A stretch of 44,817 nt of DNA from Candidatus Falkowbacteria bacterium. Lineage in GTDB: Bacteria > Patescibacteriota > Patescibacteriia > Patescibacteriales > UBA12465. Shown here piece after piece: positions 37,848 to 44,817 of this stretch (the stretch's first letter is position 1; every line of letters begins with the position of its first letter). The notes under the pieces are model-generated. The model ran no database searches. It was not told the DNA's origin and saw only the letters and a program-made list of their open reading frames with translations. The position numbers were made by a program, and so were the translations under genes. The stretch covers positions 86,245 through 131,061 of the forward strand of contig CP066698.1 of the NCBI GenBank assembly GCA_016432645.1. Direction: 5' to 3'.

Positions 37848-37873
37848 AAAAAACCGCATATAGTGGTTTTTTT
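37848..37873. terminator. Bidirectional terminator between the ATPase and the methyltransferase
   Basis: AAAAAACCGC-ATATA-GTGGTTTTTT. Confidence 0.65.
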
Positions 37874-37897
37874 GTTACAGATATTGAGTGAGATCAA

Positions 37898-38965
37898 TTA
37901 AATAAATTGTTGCAGATGATTATTTATACTCTTTGCGATAACTTGTCCAAGTTTAACTGGTACAGCATTACCAATAAATTTGGCAACATCACCAACTTTC
38001 ATATCTTTTTTGGGGTCAACAAATTTGTATGTTTTAGGGAATGTTTGAAATAAAGCAGCTTCTCTTAGGGATATTGCTCGATCTTGTTCTGGATGGCCAT
38101 ATCTTCCATTTCCAATGCCTATACATTGGGTTGTCATGGTAGGAGCTGGCTCATCCCATCTCATACGGCCGTATACCGTTCCTTTGTAAGTTTTACCACT
38201 ATCTTTTTTGTGACATTCCAAAACTAATTCTTCCGACCAATCGTTTGTGCCGCCGCCATTATGTTTAGTTGCCTTAATTCTTTTTTTGTTTAATGGATTA
38301 AGTTTTCTTGATCGATGGTAAATATCATTTTTTGAAATCTCGCCATCTTTAATCTTTGGTAATTTGGATATAACGTCTCTAACAGTTTTTTTCTTTTTTG
38401 GATCTTCCGTGGTTTTATCTATCAATTTTATTTCACCAAGTAACGAGGCGAGTAAAACAAGTCTCATCCTTTTTTGGGGCACCCCATAATCCGATGTGTC
38501 AATAACATCAAAAGATACTTTATATCCTTGTGATTTTAGATTATCAATAAATTCCTGAAAGACAGGATATTTTTTTAATCCTCTAACATTTTCCATGGAT
38601 ACTATTTCTGGACGGATTTCGTTGATTAGTTTAGCAAACTTTTCTATGGGAGAAAAATCTTTTTCAGTATCTTTTTTTAAATTTAATCTTGAATACGGCT
38701 GACAAGGAGCGCAACCAACAAGTACTTTGTATTTACAGTTATCGTATTTCTCTAAAAGTTCATCCTTTGATACTTCTTCAATAGGTTTTTCTATAAAAAT
38801 AGCATCATTGTTTGCCTCATAGCCATATTTACATGATCCGTCGTTATCAATGCCCGCAACAACGTTAAAGCCTTCTTTTTGGAATCCATGAGTAAGGCCG
38901 CCAATACCACAAAAAAGATCAATGACCTTAATATCATTCTTACCATTTTTAGTTATTTTAGGCAT
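37898..38965 (-). CDS. DNA (cytosine-5) methyltransferase
   Basis: Motif I DLFCGIGG, motif IV GCAPCQ, motif VI ENV, PQKRMR, RAISLREAALFQTFP, IGNAVP. Confidence 0.95.
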   Translation of the reverse strand: MPKITKNGKNDIKVIDLFCGIGGLTHGFQKEGFNVVAGIDNDGSCKYGYEANNDAIFIEKPIEEVSKDELLEKYDNCKYKVLVGCAPCQPYSRLNLKKDTEKDFSPIEKFAKLINEIRPEIVSMENVRGLKKYPVFQEFIDNLKSQGYKVSFDVIDTSDYGVPQKRMRLVLLASLLGEIKLIDKTTEDPKKKKTVRDVISKLPKIKDGEISKNDIYHRSRKLNPLNKKRIKATKHNGGGTNDWSEELVLECHKKDSGKTYKGTVYGRMRWDEPAPTMTTQCIGIGNGRYGHPEQDRAISLREAALFQTFPKTYKFVDPKKDMKVGDVAKFIGNAVPVKLGQVIAKSINNHLQQFI

Positions 38966-38989
38966 AGTTTCTTATTTATTCACAATATT

Positions 38990-39018
38990 ATTATAAGATA
39001 AAGTTTCACTATTATCAA
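38990..39018 (-). promoter_or_regulatory. Sigma70 promoter for the methyltransferase
   Basis: Minus strand TTGATA (39018-39013), 17-nt spacer, TATAAT (38995-38990). Confidence 0.6.
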
Positions 39019-39219
39019 CTATATTAATTTAGCGCCATTATAACTCTTTCCATATGTTTTTTTAAAAACCATTTTAATTGGCTGATTTTTTTGTGCAATT
39101 TATAATTTTTCTTCTCTCTTTCCTGATTAAGGATAAAACAAGCTAAATTTTAACTCATCTTCTTTGCTTGGGTTTTTCATATCAATTTTAATAAGGGTTT
39201 ATTTTAACTTTATATCCAC

Positions 39220-39248
39220 TTGAATTTTCGGTTACAATTTTATATACT
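39220..39248 (+). promoter_or_regulatory. Sigma70 promoter for the HTH-hsdMS-abi-hsdR operon
   Basis: TTGAAT (39220-39225), 17-nt spacer, TATACT (39243-39248). Confidence 0.55.
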
Positions 39249-39281
39249 TATATTAACTAATGTTAAGTCAAAAATCAAATT

Positions 39282-39461
39282 ATGCAGACAGATAAGATGC
39301 CTGACATATTAACTTTGTCTCAGGCCTGTGAAATACTAAACTGTCACCCGAATACATTAAGAAATTGGGAGAATAAAGGCCTGATTGAGTGTATTCGTTT
39401 TGGCAGTCGCAAAGATAGACGTTTTAAAAAAAGCGAAATATTAAAATTACTTAAAAAATAA
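39282..39461 (+). CDS. Small MerR/excisionase-like helix-turn-helix protein, absent from the ORF track
   Basis: Translated by hand, 59 aa: [59 protein letters not shown]. Stop lies 1 nt before the hsdM ATG. Confidence 0.85.
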   Translation: MQTDKMPDILTLSQACEILNCHPNTLRNWENKGLIECIRFGSRKDRRFKKSEILKLLKK

Positions 39462-39462
39462 T

Positions 39463-41007
39463 ATGGCAAAGGATAATAAAACAGAATCATTTGAAAAGAC
39501 TCTTTTTAAAGCTGCCGATAAGTTGCGAAAGAATATGGATGCAGCTGAATACAAGCATATTGTGCTTGGTTTGATTTTTTTAAAGTATATTTCTGATTCA
39601 TTTGAAGAGTTATATAGCAAGATAAAAGCTGGTGGCGCTGATTTTGCCGGTGCGAATCCTGAGGATGCTGACGAATACCGCGCAGAAAATGTTTTTTTTG
39701 TGCCACAAATTGCCCGTTGGTCTTATCTTCATTCTCGATCAAAACTCCCGTCCATTGGGAAGGACTTGGATGATGCCATGGAGGCTATCGAAAAAGAAAA
39801 TCCGACGCTTAAAGGTATTTTGCCGAAAGTATATGCTCGTCCAAATTTAGACAAGGCTTCGCTTGGTGGGCTTATTGATTTGGTTGGTAATATTGCACTT
39901 GGCACCGAAGCAGCGAAGAGCAAAGATTTACTTGGGAGAGTATATGAATATTTTCTTGGTGAATTTGCTAATGCAGAAGGTAAGAAGGGCGGCCAGTTCT
40001 ACACACCAAAATCAATTGTTCGCATCATGGTAGAGATGATTGAGCCATACAAGGGTAGGGTATATGACCCGGCCTGTGGTAGTGGCGGAATGTTTATCAT
40101 GAGTGAAAAATTTATTAAAGAGCATCGCGGAAATGTTGAGGACATTTCTATTTATGGCCAAGAAAGCAATCAAACAACTTATCGCTTATGTCGGATGAAC
40201 CTCGCTATTCGCGGTATTGACGGCTCTCAAGTTAAATGGAACACGGAAGGATCATTTTTAAATGATACTCATAAAGACCTTAAAGCCGATTTTGTTTTAG
40301 CAAATCCCCCCTTTAACGATAGTGATTGGTCTGGTCAATTACTTCAAAATGACCCACGTTGGCAGTACGGAATGCCACCGGCTTCAAATGCTAACTACGC
40401 GTGGCTTCAGCACATGATCTACCATCTATCGCCACATGGAGTGATGGCATGCGTTCTTGCTAACGGTTCGCTATCGAGCCAGACTAATAATGAAGGAGAT
40501 ATCAGAAAATCACTTATTGAACATGATTTAGTTGATTGTATTGTCGCACTCCCTAAACAGCTTTTTTATAACACTGGCATTCCGGCATGCATTTGGTTTA
40601 TTTCTCGTAAGCGTACTGGCAACGGTGGTCGTAAGCGTACTGGCGAAATCCTCTTTATTGATGCGAGCGAAGTTGGCCACATGGCAGACAAAACGCACCG
40701 TGAATTTTCTGAAGACGACATGTCAAAAGTTGCTGGCGCATATCATGAATGGCGAAAGAAAGATGGTAAGTACGAAGATGTCAAAGGTTTTTGTAAGTCA
40801 GCCGGTATAGACGAAATTACTAAGCATAACTTTGTTCTCACTCCGGGGCGATATGTGGGTGTAAAAGATGAGGTAGATGATGGTATTCCATTTGCCGAGA
40901 AAATCACTGGATTGACATCAAAACTAGCAGAGCAAATGGCGGAAGAGAAGAAACTGGATGAAGAAATTAAAAAACAACTCAAGAATATTGGATTTAACTT
41001 GGAATAA
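39463..41007 (+). CDS. hsdM: Type I restriction-modification methyltransferase subunit M
   Basis: [43 protein letters not shown]. Confidence 0.97.
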   Translation: MAKDNKTESFEKTLFKAADKLRKNMDAAEYKHIVLGLIFLKYISDSFEELYSKIKAGGADFAGANPEDADEYRAENVFFVPQIARWSYLHSRSKLPSIGKDLDDAMEAIEKENPTLKGILPKVYARPNLDKASLGGLIDLVGNIALGTEAAKSKDLLGRVYEYFLGEFANAEGKKGGQFYTPKSIVRIMVEMIEPYKGRVYDPACGSGGMFIMSEKFIKEHRGNVEDISIYGQESNQTTYRLCRMNLAIRGIDGSQVKWNTEGSFLNDTHKDLKADFVLANPPFNDSDWSGQLLQNDPRWQYGMPPASNANYAWLQHMIYHLSPHGVMACVLANGSLSSQTNNEGDIRKSLIEHDLVDCIVALPKQLFYNTGIPACIWFISRKRTGNGGRKRTGEILFIDASEVGHMADKTHREFSEDDMSKVAGAYHEWRKKDGKYEDVKGFCKSAGIDEITKHNFVLTPGRYVGVKDEVDDGIPFAEKITGLTSKLAEQMAEEKKLDEEIKKQLKNIGFNLE

Positions 41008-41009
41008 TT

Positions 41010-42224
41010 ATGACAGATCAAACTTCTACAATTCCAAAAGGATGGAAAATGTCGACACTGGGAGAAATTGTTATTTTACGACAAGGTAGATACATTCCCG
41101 ATGATATTTTATCTATAACAAAAGATACTAAGAGAATATTCCCGGTTTTCGGCGGCGGCGGATTAAGGGGTTATACAGACTTTTTTGAATATGAAAAAAG
41201 ACAGCCAATTATTACTTGTCGTGGTTCTGGCTGCGGTTTTATTCAAAGAACAGATGTAAAAGCATCAATTACAAATTCTTCTATTGCTTTTGAGGTAAAC
41301 GAAGATTATTTAGATATTGGCTTTGTTTATTATTGGGCGCTGGGAAGAGATTTTTCTGATGTTATAACGGGTTCAGCTCAACCTCAAATTACAATAGGTG
41401 CGTTATCAACTAAACTAATCCTTATTCCCACTCTGCCAGAACAACGCGCGATTGCTGCGGTGTTGTCGTCTTTAGATGATAAAATTGAGCTTTTGCGTGA
41501 GCAGAATAAAACTCTTGAAGCCATTGCACAGACGATTTTTAAAGAATGGTTTGTGAATTTCAATTTCCCCGGCACCACTGGCAAAATGATCGACTCTGAA
41601 CTCGGCCAAATTCCGGAAGGGTGGAAGGTTGGGAGGTTGGGAGATGAGTTTGATATTACAATCGGTCGCACTCCGCCACGATTAGAAACAGAATGGTTCT
41701 CAGATAAGCCGACTGGCAAAAAGTGGATTTCGATAAAAGATATAGGAAATAGTGAGATGTATATTTCAAATACCTCTGAATATTTAACAGATGAAGCGAT
41801 AGAAAAATTTAATATTCCACTAATTCCTGAAAATACCACTATTTTGAGTTTTAAAATGACAGTTGGAAAACTAGCGATTACAACAGAAGAGATGCTCTCA
41901 AATGAAGCAATCGCGCATTTAAAGATAAAAAATAATTCAAATTTTTCTACCGAGTTTATTTACTTATTTTTGAAAGGCTTGGATTTCAATAGTTTGGGGA
42001 GCACATCATCTATTGTGACAGCTATAAACTCAACAATGATAAAAGCTCTTGGAATTCTAGTTCCTGAAGATCAAATAATTAGGCAGTTCAATGCGATTAT
42101 TCAACCAATTTTTGCAAAACTAAAAAATAATAATTCCCAAATCCAATTTCTATCCACTCTTCGTGATACCCTTTTGTCAAAATTGATGAATGGAGAAGTT
42201 AGAGTTGAAAAATTCAATGATTAG
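41010..42224 (+). CDS. hsdS: Type I restriction-modification specificity subunit S
   Basis: Two TRDs with repeated IP(K/E)GWK. Central LPEQRAIAAVLSSLDDKIE and terminal RDTLLSKLMNGE. Confidence 0.95.
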   Translation: MTDQTSTIPKGWKMSTLGEIVILRQGRYIPDDILSITKDTKRIFPVFGGGGLRGYTDFFEYEKRQPIITCRGSGCGFIQRTDVKASITNSSIAFEVNEDYLDIGFVYYWALGRDFSDVITGSAQPQITIGALSTKLILIPTLPEQRAIAAVLSSLDDKIELLREQNKTLEAIAQTIFKEWFVNFNFPGTTGKMIDSELGQIPEGWKVGRLGDEFDITIGRTPPRLETEWFSDKPTGKKWISIKDIGNSEMYISNTSEYLTDEAIEKFNIPLIPENTTILSFKMTVGKLAITTEEMLSNEAIAHLKIKNNSNFSTEFIYLFLKGLDFNSLGSTSSIVTAINSTMIKALGILVPEDQIIRQFNAIIQPIFAKLKNNNSQIQFLSTLRDTLLSKLMNGEVRVEKFND

Positions 42225-42226
42225 TT

Positions 42227-43120
42227 ATGCAGAAACTAAAAGAGGTTATAACGGGTAAGAGTAGGTGGAACGGATTATTATCCTATATTTCTTTGGTGGA
42301 AGAAAACAAAACTTCAAATCCAAACGCCTCTTTAGATGGTGCAAAAAGTATTTTAGAGACTATATCAAAAACTATTTTATCGGATAAAAATATATCATAT
42401 AGATCGGATGAATCTGTCGGAAATTTAGTTAAGCTAGCATTTTCTTCTCTGCCGATTTTTACAAAATTTTCTGAGATAGAGGCTGAAAAATCTAAGGCTA
42501 TTTTAAATGCTTTTGCAACGATATCAAATTCTGTTGGAATGTTTAGGAACGATCATGGTTTTTTTGCTCACGGTCAAGATTTGCAGTCTGAAAAGTTTGA
42601 TCGTTATTTGTTGGATCTGGCTATTTCATCGTCCGATCTTCTTGCGAGTTTTTTAATAATTTCTCATGCAGAAGATCTTAAGGACAGAAAACGTGTTTAT
42701 TATGAGGAAAATGATGAATTTAATAGATACATTGACGAAACGAGTGAAGAATACCCAATTGTTAAGGGGATACAACTATCTCCGAGTCGCGCCTTATTTA
42801 GTGATCAAGACGCCTACAAAGAAGAATTGCTAATTTTTATAAATGAAAAAATTAATCTAATTGAGCGACTAGAAAAATCTGAAAATTTTATTTCTACTAG
42901 ATCAATCTGCTCCAGTTTGATACCACTACGCGATTATTTAACGGAAAACGAATTAAAAAGAGTTGCTCGTTCGGGAATTAATAATCCGCATATATATAGA
43001 ATTTTGGGTCATGGGTATACAAGGGGCTTGTTCACATGGGTGATAAAAGAAAAGTCTTCATCATTAAGTGCTGAAGAACTTAGCGGGCTAGAAATAGCGT
43101 TTACTAAAAAATTATATTAA
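42227..43120 (+). CDS. Abortive-infection family (Abi_C/HEPN-like) protein
   Basis: AKSILETISKTIL and FRNDHGFFAHG resemble Abi_C. Lies between hsdS and hsdR with 1-2 nt gaps. Confidence 0.65.
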   Translation: MQKLKEVITGKSRWNGLLSYISLVEENKTSNPNASLDGAKSILETISKTILSDKNISYRSDESVGNLVKLAFSSLPIFTKFSEIEAEKSKAILNAFATISNSVGMFRNDHGFFAHGQDLQSEKFDRYLLDLAISSSDLLASFLIISHAEDLKDRKRVYYEENDEFNRYIDETSEEYPIVKGIQLSPSRALFSDQDAYKEELLIFINEKINLIERLEKSENFISTRSICSSLIPLRDYLTENELKRVARSGINNPHIYRILGHGYTRGLFTWVIKEKSSSLSAEELSGLEIAFTKKLY

Positions 43121-43121
43121 T

Positions 43122-44817
43122 ATGACTAAAATATTTGAATCAACAATTGAAGAATTCGTTATTAAGCTTTTACAAAATCAGGGCTGGGAGTATTTATCAC
43201 CGGAAGACCAAGAAGTAGAGCGTACGGATTTGGGGCAGGTGGTTTTGAGAAATCGTTTGGAAAAAGCGATTAATACGCTTAACCCTGTCATTGCCGAAGA
43301 AGCCAAGGATCAAGCGCTTCGCATGGTCTTGAATTTGCCTAGCCAAAACTTAATGGATAACAATGAGTCTTTTCACCGCTTGCTTACCGAAGGCATAGAA
43401 GTGGAAGTAATGGGAGTTGACGGTATAAAGGGCGATAAAGTTCTATTAATTGATTTTGATAACGTTGAGAACAATGAATTTATAGTTTGTAATCAATTTA
43501 CGGTTACGGAAAATAATATCACTAAGCGTCCAGATGTAGTCTTGTTTGTTAATGGTTTGCCGTTAGTAGTGATTGAACTTAAGAATCCGGTAGATGAAAA
43601 TGCCACTGTCGCTAAAGCATTTACTCAATTACAAAATTATAAGAATGCGATTACGTCACTTTTTTTCTATAACGCTGTGCTTGTAGCTTCTGATGGGCTT
43701 GATGCCAAGATGGGTACAATATCTTCTGATATTTCTCGTTTCCTGGCCTGGAAATCAAGTGATGGATACAAGGAGGATAAGGCGACAACTCCTCAGATTG
43801 AAACTCTTGCTAAGGGCATGCTTTCAAAGCAAGTACTTCTAGATCTTGTCGCACACTTTATCGTTTTCGAAAAAACAAAAAAAGAAGATGTAAAGACTGG
43901 CTTAGCAACCGTTATTACCATTAAGAAAATAGCGGCGTATCATCAGTATTTTGCAGTTAATAAAGCAATTGAAAAAACATTAGTGGCATCTGATGAAGAC
44001 GGAGATAGGAAGGCTGGTGTCGTTTGGCACACCCAGGGAAGCGGAAAATCTCTTTCAATGGTTTTTTATGCCGGAAAAACAGTTTTAAAATTAAACAATC
44101 CGACAATAGTTGTTATCACTGATAGAAATGATCTTGATGAACAACTTTTTGACACCTTCGCCGGATGCAAACAACTCCTAAGACAAGATCCTGTAAAGGC
44201 TGAAAATCGTGATAACTTAAAAGAGCTGTTAAAGGTGGCTGGTGGTGGAATCATTTTTTCGACTATTCAAAAGTTTTTTCCTGAAGATGGCGCAGTTAAC
44301 TTTGATCTATTGTCTGATAGAAAAAATATCATTGTGGTTGCAGATGAGGCCCATCGTAGCCAGTATGGATTCGGAGCTAAAACAACCGAAAAGGATGGTG
44401 AAATATTTACTAAATATGGCTTTGCAAAATATTTGCGTGATGCTTTACCATCAGCATCCTTTATTGGATTTACTGGAACGCCAATTGAAAAAGAAGATGT
44501 TAACACTAAAGCGGTATTTGGCGAATATGTTGATGTCTATGATATTGCACAAGCAGTTGAAGATGGCGCTACTGTACGGATATATTACGAATCACGATTG
44601 GCTAAGGTTCATCTTAAACCAGAAGAGACGGCTAAATTAGACGAAGAGGTTGAATCAATTACCGAGGGAGAAGAAAATAACGCAAAAGATAAGGCAAAAG
44701 CAAAATGGGCACAACTGGAAGCAATTGTTGGTCACAGAGATAGATTGGCGGTAGTGGCGGCTGATGTAGTTGATCATTTTGAAAAACGCCGTGAAGCATT
44801 TGAAGGCAAGGGTATGA
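43122..44817 (+). CDS. hsdR: Type I restriction endonuclease subunit R, 3'-truncated by the window end
   Basis: Open frame from ATG 43122 to the end. RPDVVLFVNGLPLVVIELKN, WHTQGSGKS, VVITDRNDLDEQL, ADEAHRSQY, FTGTP. Absent from the ORF track, presumably because it has no stop codon. Confidence 0.96.
   Translation, partial: MTKIFESTIEEFVIKLLQNQGWEYLSPEDQEVERTDLGQVVLRNRLEKAINTLNPVIAEEAKDQALRMVLNLPSQNLMDNNESFHRLLTEGIEVEVMGVDGIKGDKVLLIDFDNVENNEFIVCNQFTVTENNITKRPDVVLFVNGLPLVVIELKNPVDENATVAKAFTQLQNYKNAITSLFFYNAVLVASDGLDAKMGTISSDISRFLAWKSSDGYKEDKATTPQIETLAKGMLSKQVLLDLVAHFIVFEKTKKEDVKTGLATVITIKKIAAYHQYFAVNKAIEKTLVASDEDGDRKAGVVWHTQGSGKSLSMVFYAGKTVLKLNNPTIVVITDRNDLDEQLFDTFAGCKQLLRQDPVKAENRDNLKELLKVAGGGIIFSTIQKFFPEDGAVNFDLLSDRKNIIVVADEAHRSQYGFGAKTTEKDGEIFTKYGFAKYLRDALPSASFIGFTGTPIEKEDVNTKAVFGEYVDVYDIAQAVEDGATVRIYYESRLAKVHLKPEETAKLDEEVESITEGEENNAKDKAKAKWAQLEAIVGHRDRLAVVAADVVDHFEKRREAFEGKGM

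Larger units (their letters stand above)
35332..44817. other. tRNA-adjacent defence island, continuing past the window end
   Basis: Cluster of restriction and defence genes starting right after the tRNA-Asn terminator. Visibly more AT-rich than the core, especially 35.3-39.4 kb and 41-43.1 kb (not computed). No integrase seen in the window. Confidence 0.8.

Noticed and set aside
39024-39180. Possible frameshifted minus-strand remnant (MKNPSKEDELKFSLF / ILNQEREKKNYKLHKK...)
   Set aside because: About 51 aa, needs a 1-nt frameshift, extremely AT-rich and resembles no family I recognise. Probably chance.
701-44640. Many 60-200 aa ORFs antisense to or nested in long genes, for example 3275-3571, 27475-28065, 37123-37587 and 41384-41839
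   Set aside because: They are shadow frames of well-identified genes, with no recognisable motifs or independent signals.
35244-44817. Integrase or a duplicated tRNA 3' end (att site) for the island
   Set aside because: None seen by eye. The island runs off the window, so mobility cannot be claimed.
1-44817. CRISPR array, IS element, rRNA or prophage genes
   Set aside because: No regularly spaced repeats, transposase motifs, rRNA-like tracts or phage structural genes were recognised.
1-44817. Alternative genetic code (UGA=Gly, as in Gracilibacteria/Absconditabacteria)
   Set aside because: Conserved genes translate full length under the supplied ORF track with no internal TGA needed. The HNH TGA is a plausible stop right after the final HNH motif.

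Overview
Chromosomal segment of a Patescibacteria (CPR) bacterium, probably Parcubacteria/ABY1-like. This is inferred from the missing rpmD (L30), the lack of Shine-Dalgarno sites and CPR-typical membrane hypotheticals. 1-4.9 kb: a putative lipoprotein and a lone single-chain purL, both on the minus strand. 5.3-21.2 kb: the str, S10 and spc ribosomal protein clusters to secY. 21.3-34.4 kb: two orphan genes, map, ruvX, recO, aspS, a DUF5671-like gene, scpAB, an S11 peptidase, GtrA, dnaG-rpoD, a VIT1-like gene and a small cationic membrane protein. Highlight: a hidden tRNA-Asn(GUU) at 34621-35243 is split inside its anticodon (position 35/36) by a 551-nt group I intron with subgroup IA-like P7.1/P7.2. 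The intron carries a zinc-finger HNH endonuclease ORF in loop L1. The last codons of that ORF also form the internal guide sequence and P2, and an extended -10 sits in position to make a leaderless HNH mRNA. Right after the tRNA is an AT-rich defence island: Mrr, a GHKL/MORC ATPase with a putative C-terminal HEPN domain, a C5 cytosine methyltransferase, a small HTH gene missed by the ORF track, and a type I RM operon with an Abi_C/HEPN-like gene between hsdS and hsdR. hsdR is truncated by the window end. All calls are by eye; no database search was run.
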